From assembly GCF_006345805.1 (NCBI RefSeq), contig NC_043005.1, forward strand, positions 93,000,001 to 93,064,000: a stretch of DNA of 64,000 bases, given 5' to 3'. Position 1 is the first letter of the stretch, and each line of letters starts with the position of its first letter. Positions 1 through 13,027 of this stretch are shown piece by piece. This DNA comes from Octopus sinensis. Its lineage: Eukaryota. Both the position numbers and the translations under genes were made by a program. Under the pieces are notes generated by a model, which saw only the letters and a program-made list of their open reading frames with translations, was not told the origin of the DNA and did no database searches.

Positions 1-150
1 CCTCAGTATTTGATTGGTTCTTTATTTAATTGGCCTCAAATGGACGAAAGGCAAAGTTGACCATGGCAGTTTTTGAACTCAGAACATGAAGAACAGGTAG
101 AAACACTGCTAAGCATTTTGTGTGAGGTGTTAATGAAGCTGCCAGCTGAC
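1..150 (-). mobile_element. Degenerate Meta/MESC-type tRNA-derived SINE remnant
   Basis: Reverse complement contains gttctgagttcaaa...gtcaactttgcctttcgtcc, matching better-preserved copies at 36137 and 46224. Confidence 0.5.
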
Positions 151-164
151 TAATGTCAGGGTCA

Positions 165-405
165 GAGTGGAAATGAATAACACTGTCTGTATGATGGTGA
201 TGCTTGTTTACAATCATCACCTGATGTCAAGACAGTGAAACACACACATGGCAGGGCTCCTTTCAGTTTCTGCCTACCAAATCCACTCACGAGGTTTGAT
301 TAGCCCAAAGCTACAATAGAAGACACTTGCGCCAAAGGTGCCGCACAGTGGGACTGAAACCAAGACCATATGGTAGGGAAGCAAGCTTCTTAACCGCACG
401 GCACA
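165..405 (-). mobile_element. CORE-type tRNA-derived SINE (octopus OR-like)
   Basis: Reverse complement has head ggttaagaagcttgcttccctaccatatggtc..ttcagtcccactgtg, core gcaagtgtcttctattgtagc and gtgagtggatttggtaggcagaaactgaaag. Confidence 0.75.
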
Positions 406-809
406 GTTATAGTAATAAAAGAAATACTGATGTTGCCCATTGCTTAATAAATTCATTTTCTGCGTCAGATCAGAATCTAGTTGGTATTCATCACATTTCA
501 GGAGAAAAGATATTCCTAGATAGGAACCAAGATATAAGCGTTCATTCGTTTGTTCATTTTGTTAAGTTTGTTTTTCCATGCTAGTATGGGTTGAACAAAT
601 ACATATTGTTGATGTTTTCCTTCTGCTAAAAATTTACCTGCTTTTCAAGCCAGACAGCTTTCCATCATAATCCATGGCTACAACAGTGTACTTATCGGAT
701 GATTGGTTGACAGAAAAAGGATGTCAGAGAATAGTGACTGTAACTGTATCTCATGTCATCACAGAATGCAAGCATTCTCACTGGTGCACGTGCACACACA
801 CACACACGC

Positions 810-1185
810 AGTCATGTGATGAGTTTGGTTTCCAACTATGAGGCTCCATATTCAGTCCCATTACATGGCGTGCTGGGCAAATGTCTTCTACTAAAACCTC
901 GGGCCAGCTGAGTGGATTTGATAAATGGAACCTGAAAGAAGCCCATATGTATAGACATGTGTATGTTATGTGTGTCTCAACATCACAGGATAGTTATAAA
1001 TGAGTACCACTGTCATACAGGGTCCCTTGTTTCCCGTCTTCTGTTCGAAGGGGAAAGATTGTCTTGCATAAAAACACGTAGGGATTGGCAAGTGGAATGA
1101 CATCTAACCATAGAAAGTTTGCATCAATGAATTTCATCTCATTCCTGCAAGCATGGCAAATTGGATGTTAAAACAATGGTGATGG
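810..1185 (+). mobile_element. CORE-type SINE with RTE-like 3' tail
   Basis: ttcagtcccattacatggcgtgctgggcaaatgtcttctac core; tail ...catggcaaattggatgttaaaacaatggtgatg resembles the RTE 3' end. Confidence 0.7.
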
Positions 1186-1607
1186 CATAGGTCTGGCTTT
1201 GTACAGTTTCCATTTCTGAAATTCCATGTCACACCCATTATTCATATGAGCTTGTACACTCTCCACAATAAGATACCTTCTGTAAATGTGGCTTTCAGTC
1301 TTGAGTAAAAGACTTTGTTAAAAATTATTCCTTTGGAGTATATTAACTATAACTCAAATCTATGGCGATTGCCCAAGACGCTGCTCACTTCCTCTTCATC
1401 TGGATTCAGATTTTTTTGAATTTTTCTTATTTCTTTTTCTATCAGTTATGTCACTGCTACCAAAACATGACCCCCTTAGTTGTTGTACAGATGACCCAAG
1501 TCAGCATTTACCAAGCACACATATGGCACGTAACAGGTCATCTGAACAATCTGTTGTTCTAAATATTTCATGTTTCTATCTAGAAGAGAACATCACACGA
1601 TTCTAAT

Positions 1608-1639
<32 letters not shown>

Positions 1640-1828
1640 TGCGCAACTTCATGTCTGCTTTGTTTTTTCGTTTTGTATTTTTATTTTCAAACCAGGTTTC
1701 TTAATCATTAATATAAGATTGAAGTAGTTGTGTAGTTGTGTGTGAAGCATAGTTGGAAGATTGTGAGGATGATGAGGATGATGATGATGATGTCTTCATA
1801 GAAGCTTGTGTATTTTGTGAAGGTATGG

Positions 1829-1872
<44 letters not shown>

Positions 1873-2569
1873 GGTTGGAAAAAAAGTGAAGGGACTCTGG
1901 TGAATTATGGAAGTGGTGCTTTTGTACATTACTTAGGCTTCATAATCCAACAGTGAGTTTGCTTACATTTGTGTTGCTTCTTAATAAAGTCTTGAGTATT
2001 TTTTGTATAAATGGATTACAAAGGATGAAGTTATGAGCTTTGTTGATGCCAGTGGTGCATGTGGGCTTTTAGGTTTGCAGGTCGGATACAGGGGTTTGAA
2101 TCTGCATTGTGATTTCCTGAGAAGGGTAATTTGTAGGTTAGCAATATCAAGGATGACTCTTTTAAAAACTGCTGTGAACTTTGGATGGTGATGTGTGCAA
2201 GAGATGCTGCTTCACTCTTTGTCGGGTCTTAAAAGTTAGGGTTTTGCTTCATTTCTAGAATCTGGGCATTTGACTGTTCCTCCAAATAGTTCTTCATGTT
2301 GGTGGGTGCTGTCATTCTTTCGGGTTCAACATGTTTTATATGTATCTGTTTAGATTTCCCTATTGCCTTTGGAGAATCTGATGGAAGGATGAGATGAAAA
2401 TCATAGCCTACGTGAGAGGTGCATATGTTCAAGACAACCCCCTTAGTTTTTCTATTCTATTTTTTTTTTATTTTTACATTTCTTCCCAATTTGATTTTCT
2501 TTGCATCTCATTTCAGTCAACATTAAAAAAAGACATTTGTTCAATGACATTGTTTTGGGTTCCTTCTGC

Positions 2570-3167
2570 ACAGCACCTTGGCCAAGTATCTTCCATAGCT
2601 TGAGGTTGCTGAGCAGATTTGATGGACAGAAAGTGAAAGAAGCCCATTGCATGTATGTATCTGTGTGTTTGTGTCCTCTCGTCTTGCCATCAGGTGAGGA
2701 TTGTAAACAAGTGTCACTGTCATACAGGCAGTGTCCCCCCCCCCCGTCTCTTGTGGAAAGCTCATTTAGTTGTAAGGAAATATTATCTTGCTTTCAAAGC
2801 TCATGGTTTTGGGTTCAGTCCCTGGTCTGACCAATGTCTTGTAAGTGGATTTCTTAGATGGAAACTGTAAGAAGCAGCTCATATATATATATGTGTGTGT
2901 GTGTGTTGGTGTCTGCTTGTCTTGACATTGTGTGATAGTTGTAACTGAGCATCACTGTCATACAAGCAGTGTTATTCTTTCGTTTCCAATCATCTTTGAA
3001 AACATGTCCATCCATGAGTAACTTTTACCTTATTTGGAAATGAGTGAAAGTCGGTGATGAGAAGGGTTTGCATCAGCTGCAGAAAATCTACTTCAACAAC
3101 TCGTTTCCCACCTATGCAAGCATAGAGAAATGAACACTGAAATGATAATGATGACGATGATGATGAT
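2570..3167 (+). mobile_element. Two adjacent CORE-type SINE copies, the second ending in an RTE-like (GAT)n tail
   Basis: Two copies of the gaaactg(t/a)aagaagc motif (about 2630 and 2862) and a terminal gatgatgatgat at about 3155. Confidence 0.65.
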
Positions 3168-3669
3168 GTGTGTATATTTCACGTGTAACGGTTGTATTTT
3201 TTAATGTATGTTGCTCAATACAAAGTGAGTTGGGTGCATGGACATAATAGGAATTATTTTATATTTCTTGCGCTTTATTTTTATCTTATTTCCATGGAAA
3301 AATCTTTTTCAAAAAACCTTGTGTTTTGCATTCTTTTTCTTCTTACCATTGACATTTCTACACAATAGCGTTTTTGTGCTAAAAATGTTGCTTTTACTTG
3401 TTCAAGTTGCTTCTGAGAGTTTCATTTCAATGTAAAATGCAACCTGCACTTGTTTACCTTTGCATCGACTTACCTGAACAAACCGCTGCACTTTTTTTTT
3501 TTTTTTATCATCAGGCATGTCTTTAGCTTAGTAATCTAAAACTCTTCTGGACAAAAATAATTTTCTTCCCTCACTTTGGTGCAATTTAAGAAAGTAACTA
3601 TCAGAAGCATTATTGATTAATGTCTGTGAGAGACTTTGTGCTGGCTACGGACGTGTATTGTGATGATGT

Positions 3670-3767
3670 AATGTATGTGGGTATATATGTATGTATGTCT
3701 ATATGTATGTATGTCTGTGTATGTATGTATGTATGTATGTATGTGTGTGTGTATGTCTGTCTGTCTG

Positions 3768-3814
<47 letters not shown>

Positions 3815-3826
3815 TAAACATATGCA

Positions 3827-3858
<32 letters not shown>

Positions 3859-3878
3859 ATAATATATAAACATATGCA

Positions 3879-3923
<45 letters not shown>

Positions 3924-3955
3924 ATATAAACATATGCATATATACATATATGTAC
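3670..3955. repeat. Compound (ATGT)n/(AT)n microsatellite with three copies of a taatatataaacatatgcatatat unit
   Basis: Seen directly in the sequence. Confidence 0.95.
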
Positions 3956-3957
3956 AT

Positions 3958-4110
3958 ACCTATGGCTAAGTGGTTAGGGCATCGAGCTTACAATCGTGAG
4001 GTTGTGAGTTCGATTCCCAGACCAGGCTGTGTGTTGTGTTCTTGAGCAAGATGCTTTACTTCATGTTGCTCCACTTCACTCAGCTGTGGAAATGAGAGAG
4101 CACACTACGT
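3958..4110 (+). mobile_element. tRNA-headed SINE 5' part
   Basis: A-box tggctaagtggttagg, B-box gagttcgattccc, then tgttcttgagcaagatgctttacttc core. Confidence 0.65.
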
Positions 4111-4179
4111 CTACTGAGTGCGAAACCCATCAAACCCATTCTGAAATTGAACACCAGATGTCGAATCATTGATGATAAT

Positions 4180-4350
4180 AATAATTCTTTCAAATTTTGG
4201 CCCAAGGTCATCATTTTGTAGGGGAGGAATTAGTCAATTGCATACAGAACTCAACTGGTACTTTGTTTATGTACTCCAAAAAATGCTGACCTCACAATGT
4301 AAAGATCCATCTGAAATGCTGCTAGGCCTTTTGTCCAACACATTAATGAT
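4180..4350 (-). mobile_element. Degenerate Meta/MESC-type SINE
   Basis: ttggcccaaggtc..aattagtcaattgcatac..aactggtactttg is the reverse complement of the family 3' half. Confidence 0.45.
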
Positions 4351-6634
4351 TCTGTCAGCTTGCTGCTTTATTGATAATGGTAATAGCAATAAAAATAGTT
4401 CCTGATTTAGGCACAAGGCTTGCAATTTGGGAGGACTCTTTGTGGTTATCGTCACTGCATGTTGAAATCTATAAAAAAATCTTTTTAAAGTATCATAAAA
4501 ATGTAATTTTTGACACTGAATCCGATTTTGTTATTATTTGTTCCAGAAGAATGTTGCGAAAATGTTACAGATGTTCAAAGTTTGATAATGTTCAGAATTC
4601 CCAGCCAATCAGAAAACGGTGCATTCGCTGCTTCTTCCATCAGCTGTTATAGTAGTGGGAAGGGGAGGAGCACCGGCATGTCAAAACATTAAACTAGCTA
4701 CAGTAAACATTGATAAAACAAAAGATTTGCAAAAAAATTAAATATTGAAAAGCTATGAGTAAACCAACAAGAGTTACTAGAAATAACAGTCAAAACATTG
4801 CTTTAAATAGACATTTATTAGTTAAAAAATTCAAGAACGAAAGTTTGCAATGCACTCTTCGATTAAAATAAATTATCTTTCTCATATCTCCTTCTCTACA
4901 TAAATTTACAAAGATAAGAGTCAGCTATGAAATGGTGTGTCTGACACTGGTGTTTGTTTCCACGCTTTAATGATGCCCAGCTACTCTCAGGGTGTTAAGT
5001 GCAAGTCCTGTCTTTTGAGTTTATAAATTCAGTGCCATGGTTTTATGTTTGAAATCATAGCCACGAGTGAGGAAGGAAGGAAGGTGGGCTGTCTAAACAA
5101 TTGTATCTTTTAAACCTTCTTTTCTGTGCTCCTGGCTAAGGCACATCATTCTACTATTTACTTAGCTGGGGAAAATAGTTTGTGTTGGGTGAGTTTTGTC
5201 TGTGTGAAACACCTGATACAAGTCTTTATTAAAATAGTAATTGAGAGAGAGAGAGAGAGAGAGCAAGGTGGAGAGGAAGAATATTTAACACAGTAGAAAT
5301 AGGAAAAAAAAAGAAATTAGACAACAGATAGAAATAGTTTTGGTTGAAGTATTTGAATTTTGAAGATTTATGCAACAACACCATTCCAGTTTGGAACAAC
5401 AACTGGATGTAAAACAAGGTGCAATTAAATGTGATCTTGTGTCATTCATATGATTTCCTTTTACCTTCTTTAAAAGGTAAGCGTAGTGGCAACAAGAAGA
5501 TTAAAATGTTCATATTTTGTTTTCGAGGCTAATAAAAACTAGTTAGAAAATAATTTCAAATGTAGTCATGAAGCCTTAGGTTTTATAGCAGAGGAGGCAG
5601 TTTAGAATTGTATTCGTAAATCTTCTTCTGAAGAAAGTTAGTCATGTAAACTTGCTTATGTCATCCTAATGTTTTATTTTCCTTTCTTATAACTGGCAAG
5701 TTTTTATTTTCTTTTACAGTGTCATGTCTTGCCCTTTTTTTTTGTAGTTATTTCTTGGCCCTTTTCATTGGTTTTTATTATGTGGTTCAGTTTATCCATA
5801 CAGAATTTTTATTCAGCCTGACCAATTATGGAATCACTTTGTCTTTTTATCTTTAATCTGACTTCCATTAATCTGTGTTCGTAATAAAGAAACTGAAAGG
5901 AAGCCTAGTAAGACAAGTTTCAAGCAAGGTTGACTGAGTGTCGCCCATTGCTCTTGATCAGTGTTGTGGTATATAAAAAGGTCCACTTGCTGGTTGGATC
6001 TCACAGGGTGGCAGTCTTGGCTGGTTTCTTCTTATCACTCTCTGGAATTGTCAATTCTTCTGCTTGCTCTGTTGGTCTTTGTCTGGAATAAACGAGATGA
6101 ACAGTCGTGAGAACTTCCTTGTCCTGTTGCAGACTGGTTGTCAGGATAAATGCATTCAATACACTCAAACGAAGCATTAGTCATGTCTTGTGTAGGACTT
6201 GACAATCTCTGTAGTTCTGATGATAGAATGCACTTGGTACACTCTCTCTCACTTTGTTGATGGTATATGATGAGCATTAAGCCAGAGGCACCAAGCCCCC
6301 AAAAATCAAATTCAAATCAGAATGTTACGGAGTGAGATCACTCTTTCCACCCATGTCCTGTATGTGAAGCATAATGATGATGATGATGATGATGTCTCCT
6401 TCTTGCTCCAGTTTGTTTACTTTAATCTTTCAAGGTGAAAGTGTCAATGTAAAATATGGCACTGAAACATGATTACTGACTGAAGTGTCGTGTAAAAAGG
6501 AAAAAGGAAAGACAAAAAAGTGTTAATAGTCCAATTAAACTTTACGAACAATTAAGATGTGTAAGATTTTTAGTTTAAATATTTGCTATAAAACTAAAAG
6601 CTCCTTCAGAACTTCAATAAAATAACCTACACTG

Positions 6635-6770
6635 TGTGTGTGTGGGCATATGTATATGTGCGCGCACACACACACACACATATATAAATATATACATATA
6701 CACACATATATATAAATATATACACATATACACAAATATATAGAATAAAACTTTATATATAAAGAACGTG

Positions 6771-6811
<41 letters not shown>

Positions 6812-6882
6812 TATATATATATATATATACATACATATATATACACACATACTCATATATATATATATATACACACACACCC

Positions 6883-6917
<35 letters not shown>

Positions 6918-7117
6918 GACACACATAGTTAGTCTCTTCAGCACTTGTAAAAGATCCTTGTCTGTTAAGAAAATACTTCCTCTATGATTCACTTCTTTCT
7001 AAAGGTGTCTTGTTAATTCCTCTCTTTCTGAGTAATATTGTTCTATTTATATATATATAATTTTGTTTTTTTGCCTAAAATATTCCATAGGAGAGTAACT
7101 GGTGTGTTTGCTCAAAA

Positions 7118-7186
<69 letters not shown>
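6635..7186. repeat. (AC)n/(AT)n compound microsatellites (6635-6925 and 7122-7186)
   Basis: Seen directly in the sequence. Confidence 0.95.
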
Positions 7187-7190
<4 letters not shown>

Positions 7191-7871
7191 CACACAACCC
7201 CTTGGTTACTTTTAAAACTGAGGAAGAAGAGAATAAATTAACCAAAATCTAAGCAAAACTTTGGAAACAATTGATCTGCTGTCTGCAGTCATGGAAACTA
7301 TTTCCTGTTCCTGTTCAAACTATACACTTACTGTCTGTCGTTCTTCTCCTCCCAACACCATCACCACTAGTGATGCTACTCAGTTTCTTGCCAAGACTCC
7401 TCTAAGGCAGGTATCTGTCAGTTTTTTTTTTTTCATTTTACATTTATCTATTTGATATTTCTTCAGTTTGGCTTTTTAGTACACACAAAAAAGAAGAAAA
7501 AATGTACCAATAAAATAAACCAATTGTTTGCTACTGTCAAGGCAATAATTACGGATTCTTTATTTTTTTTCCTTTTCTTTTAGGGGTAAGATTTATATAT
7601 GTTATTATATAGCCCAGAGATAGCTTTGTAACTGTTTTTTTTTTCTTTTCCGGTTTGAATTATGTGTTATATTAATGCAATTGTAACAAATTTTAAAAGT
7701 AGATGGAGTGAAAGAGGAAATATGGGAAACAAAAGAAGGAAATACCTGTTTTGCTTGGTAACAAGCTTGAAATAAAAATTAAAAAAACAGAAAGAAAGAA
7801 AAAAAAAACAAAGAAAGAAAAAAAAAGCTATGTTGTTCCTGAATGAATACTAACTTCCTTATTTCTATCAT

Positions 7872-8100
7872 CATTTTACTTGTTCCAGTCATTGGACAGT
7901 GGCCATGCTGGGGCATCAACTTGAAGAGTTTTAGTTAAACAAATCAACTCCAGTAGTCATTCTTTTGAAGTCTGGTAATATTCTGTTAGTCTCTTTTGCC
8001 AAACCACTGAGTTACAGGGCATAAACAAACTAACACCTATTATCATGTGGTGGTGTTGGTGGAGGCAGGACAGATACTAGTACAAAGACACACACACACA
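7872..8100 (-). mobile_element. SINE 3' half with CR1-type tail
   Basis: ttgttccagtcattggacagtggccatgctggggca is the reverse complement of the tail seen at 33545-33597. Confidence 0.55.
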
Positions 8101-8411
8101 CACATAAACAATGGTCTTCCATACAGTTTCCATCTGCCAAGTTCACTCAAAAAGCATTGGTCAACCAAGGGTGATGGTAGAAGACAAAGCTGTGCAGTGG
8201 GACCGTGTGTGTGTGTGTGTGTGGTGTGTGTGTGTAGTAATAATAATAAATATTTCAATGCATTGCTACAGGCATTTCCATAAACCACATGTTACTTACA
8301 ATCATAGTCTGTATTTCTGAGATGATTATGGATATCTATAATATCCATGAACATTGGGTGGACCATAGTTCATGTGTTCATTTCATCAGGCCATATAATC
8401 TATCCATGGAT

Positions 8412-8440
<29 letters not shown>

Positions 8441-8442
<2 letters not shown>

Positions 8443-9326
8443 GTCAGTGTGCATACTCGACAGAGTGTTAGTGCCCTGAGAGAAAGGTTGGACCTCAGAA
8501 GCATCAGATGTTGTGTGCAAGAGAGATGACTGCGCTGGAATGGTCATATGGTGAGAATGGATATGGATAACTGTGTGAAAAAGTGCCACACCCTAGCAGT
8601 TGAGGGAACCTGTGGAAGAGGTAGACCCAGGTAGACCTGGGATGAGGTGTTGAAGCATGACCTTCAAACATTGGGCCTCACCGAGGCAATGAATAGTGAC
8701 TGGGACCTCTGGAAATATGCTGTGCTGCAGAAGACTTGGCAAGCACAAGTGTGACCATAACCTTGTGGCCTATGCTAGGGGTGTAACCAGTCCACTTATG
8801 CGTACCTTTTCTTCATTGGACACTAAACTCTGCTTGTGTAGACCAGTTGAGGCAAGTGAAATTGAAGTCGAAATCAAACTCGGTGACCAACATCCATTGC
8901 TAGTGGGGCGCTAAGAGTACCATACGAGAGTGATCGTTGCCAGATCAACAAGCTGGCCTTCGTGCCGATGGCATGTTAAATACACCATTTGAGCGTGATT
9001 GTTACCGTGTCGCCTTACTAGCACTTGTGCTGGTGGCACGTGAAACATTCGAGCGAGGTCGTTGCCAGTGCTGCTGGACTGGCTCCTGTGCAGGTGGCAC
9101 GTAAAAAGCACCATTTGGGCGTGGCCATTGGCCAGTACCACCAAACTGGCCCTCGTGCTGGTGGCACGGAAAAGCACCCACTACACTCTCAGAGTGGTTG
9201 GCGTTAGGAAGGGCATCCAGCTGTAGAAACTCTGCCAAATCAGATTGGAGCCTGGTTTGCCAGACCTCAGTCAAATCCTCCAACCCATGCTAGCATGGAA
9301 AGCGGACGTTAAACGATGATGACGAC
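8441..9326 (+). mobile_element. RTE-clade LINE, 5'-truncated 3' fragment (degenerate ORF end plus 3' UTR)
   Basis: Translates VSVHTRQSVSALRERLDLRSIRCCVQER*LRWNGHMVRM...GTCGRGRPR*TWDEVLKHDL, the RTE C-terminal LRWxGHVxRM / RGRPRKTW motif. The 3' UTR has repeated gtggcacgt units and an aacgatgatgac tail. Confidence 0.92.
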
Positions 9327-9815
9327 AACTACTACTCTATCCTATGTTATATCAGCAGGCTCTGTACAACCCCTCAAAACTGTTACTGTGAGTTGGTATC
9401 ATTAAACTATATCTGACATAATAAAATAGGAGCTTTTGTATGCATACTCAAAACGTTTCCCCGTAAAGCAACTTAAGGATATTATACATAAAGTGTGTGT
9501 GTGTGTGTGTGTGTGAAATAGCATAACTGGAAGAGACACAGGCAGACAAATGGATGATGTGAAAGGTTACAGCTGGTAAAGAAAAATTTGAAAGGTGATA
9601 AACCAAAATGTAAAGAGACAAAGGTAAGAATAAAAATTGGTGTGGTTGAGGAAAAGAAGAAGATTTGTGTTTTGGGTGAAACCTTCATCAAAGTAGAGGA
9701 GACAAGTAAGAGAAAAGAAACAAGAAAAGGAATGATAGCTGCTTGAAGTGTGTATGAATGTGTGTGTGTATATATATATGTATAAATATATATGTATTTG
9801 TATATGTATGTACAT

Positions 9816-10208
9816 ATCATCATCATCGTTTAACGTCTACTTTCCATGCTAGCATGGGTTGGAGGATTTGACTGTGGTCTGGCAAACCAGGCTCCAATCT
9901 GATTTGGCAGAGTTTCTACAGCTGGATGCCCTTCCTAATGCCAACCACTCTGAGAGTGTAGTGGGTGCTTTAATAGTGGGTGCATGAAGGCCAGTCAGGC
10001 GGTACTGGGAACGGCCACGCTCAAATGATGCTTTTTATGTGCCACCTGCACAGAAGCCAGTCCAGCGGCACTGGCAACGACTTCACTCAAATATTTTTTT
10101 CACGTGCCACCAACACAAGTGCCAGTAAAGCGACGCAAATAACGATGATGCTCGAATGGTATTTTTTATATGCCACCAGCACAGACACCAGCTTGTTTCT
10201 CTGGCAAT
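9816..10208 (-). mobile_element. RTE LINE 3' UTR fragment
   Basis: catcatcatcgtttaacgtc..ctttccatgctagcatgggttgga is the reverse complement of 9280-9320; acgtgccacc units are present. Confidence 0.88.
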
Positions 10209-10210
10209 GA

Positions 10211-10219
10211 TATGTATAT

Positions 10220-10252
<33 letters not shown>

Positions 10253-10317
10253 TAGAAGAAATGAGGTAATCAGAAGAACGGATGGTTCATATTTATAGAT
10301 ATTTATTTATATATATT

Positions 10318-10352
<35 letters not shown>

Positions 10353-10469
10353 ATATGTATGTATGTATATGTATATATATGTATGTATGTATATGTATAT
10401 ATATGTATATGTATGTATATGTATATATATGTATATGTATATATATGTTATATATATGTATATGTATGT

Positions 10470-10501
<32 letters not shown>

Positions 10502-10810
10502 GTATATTATATGTATATATATGTATATATATATGTATATATATATGTATATATTACATATGTATATATATGTATATATATGTATGTATATGTATATATA
10601 TGTATATATATGTATATATATACATATGTATATATATATGTATATATATGTATATATATGTATATATATACATATGTATATATATGTATATATATATATA
10701 TATATACATATGTATATATATGTATATATATGTATATATATATACATATGTATATATATGTATATATATGTATATATATGTATATATATGTATATATATA
10801 CATATGTATA
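10211..10810. repeat. (AT)n/(ATGT)n tract with a short unique island at about 10252-10310
   Basis: Seen directly in the sequence. Confidence 0.95.
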
Positions 10811-12989
10811 AGCGGGTAGGCCTATTATTAATAACATAAAAGAAAAAAATTTTTTTTGCATTCACAAACTACCGTACACTTTCTCTAGATTTAAATAGAA
10901 CTTAGCTTTTCTACTAGTAATATTTTAACTCCCTTCTGTATCTTATTATACTAGTAGTCTTCTACAATTTTAAAACATACAACTTATAAATTTATAATTT
11001 TTATATAATTTTGTAGCTACACATGTATATAAATATATATGTCCTGTATTAATTGTTTTTTGTTTGTGTTTTTTTTGTCTTGGTTTATAAGGGAAATACA
11101 CTGCGGCAAGAAAGAATATATTCATTTTGGTATATACACAGTAATATGATATTCTTGGAGTTTTCTAAAATTACAGAATGTGTATGAGTATCATAGTTAG
11201 ATACCTGGTTTTAGATACTGTAATACTAATATGTAATAAATGAGAGTCTATATTGGATTTTGTTTGTTTTGGTTGAGTATATGGGTTTTTGCAGGTTTTT
11301 ATTTGGCAGGCTTATATATTGTATATTTAGTGTATCTTTGTACTCACCTAAATTGTATCTTATGCTATTTATTAATAAACCTATTCATTTACTCACATTT
11401 GGCTTTATACATATTAGCAGTCTTATATATTTAGTCTATATTTGTACTCATCTTGATTTGTACAATATGTTATTCATCTATTTATTTTTTTACTCATTAT
11501 CTATAGGTAAATATTTACATAATAGTAGCCTGTATACTAAGTTTATATATGTACTTTTTTCAATATATATCTTCACTTTATTTTATGTTATTTATTTACC
11601 TATATACTCTTTTATGCATATGTGGATATATGCATATTAGCATTACTATATATTAGGTGTACCTGTGTATTTATCTGAATTTGTTTTCTATGGTATCTAT
11701 CTATTTATTTAGTCATTTACTTATTTATTTATTTATTTAAATGTAGATATATACATACATATCAATTATTTATTATAATAAAATATGGATACATGTATAC
11801 TAGTTTGTACTTATACCCTCTTTGTAATTTTAATTATTTCTTCTTATTTATTTTATCACATTTTAATCTTAAGTAATTACAATTATTAACTTATAATTAA
11901 TTTAATTTTTGTTATTTACTTATATACCATTTTATTGGTAAGTCCTCCACTGATATTATTTAATGCCAAATCCTGTTAATTATTACATTTGTATTTATGT
12001 CTCCACTGATGCTTAATAGTATATTTATATATAAGTACTATGAATGTTTACACGCACGTCACATGTGAAAATATACGGTGTGTATATGTATGTCTGTTGT
12101 CACACATGAGTATACTTATGGGCATGTATATGTGAGTGTAATTCTATTAGTTCGTAGGTTAGGTTTTTTGATGGATAAATATTAGTATTATAATAGCATT
12201 GGATTTATTACGTAGAAATGATATCTATTTATGCTATAAGGAATTATTTTGTTTTGTTCTGTTTGTTTACATATCCTAGAATATTTGCATATTTTGACTT
12301 CTTACAATTAATCTCTTATAATTTAATTACTATAAACCGATGTCAACTTAGTATATGTATATTTCTATGTCTTTTGATAGTCAAACGTAAATGTTTAATC
12401 TATACTTTATAACTTAGCATATGTTTGATTATAACATAGAGCGGTTAAGTCAGTAAACGTTATGTTATGAAATACTATGGCTACGGAAAATACGGTGTCA
12501 TATGAATTATGTACCTTATGTAAAATTACATTCTATGTCTTGATATAATTATATGTATCTTTGCAATTAATATTTTATGGAAATATGTGAGTGGATCTTC
12601 TTAGTTAATACAGCGGCATTGTTGTCGTTTTGGAGGGGCTTGATGACTGCATGCATGTAAATACACTCAGTTGGGTTTCCAAGTATATAGTTACGATTAT
12701 ACCTCTTATATTATTTATTTATTTATGTTTTTGGCTGTGTTTGTGGCTATGTATGTGTATGAGTGTATGTGTGTGTGTATACATATAATTATGTATGTAT
12801 GTGCGATGGATCTGTGGGTGTGCGTATGTGCGTTTCTTGACTAACTAACCGTAAAATTTCCTTTGTGATTCAAATTTAAAACTATAAGCAAATCGAATCA
12901 ATCTAGAATAATCAATATCAAGCGGACAGAGGAATTAGACTTATAGATATGTAGATGTCCGATTGATGTACTTGGTACAGTCATGATTG

Positions 12990-13027
<38 letters not shown>

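Noticed and set aside
1446-1529. 84 bp plus-strand exon candidate (xMSLLPKHDPLSCCTDDPSQHLPSTHMA)
   Set aside because: Good acceptor but a modest donor and no linked exon or recognisable motif; cannot be separated from chance.
3958-4030. tRNA-like sequences (also 23465, 30003 and 49663)
   Set aside because: A/B boxes are present but the cloverleaf is incomplete and each runs into a SINE body.
6001-6280. Minus-strand frames LMLRLSVLNAFIL..ESDKKKPAKTATL* and ECTKCILS..ECIECIYP, piggyBac-like or terminal-exon-like
   Set aside because: No suitable splice acceptor, competing frames and only a short motif resemblance.
7289-7410. Candidate exon METISCSCSNYTLTVCRSSPPNTITTSDATQFLAKTPLRQ with donor cag|gtatct; also 5166-5189, 9356-9387, 40482-40560 and 43322-43366
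   Set aside because: Isolated candidates that do not assemble into a convincing chain; expected by chance in 64 kb of AT-rich DNA.
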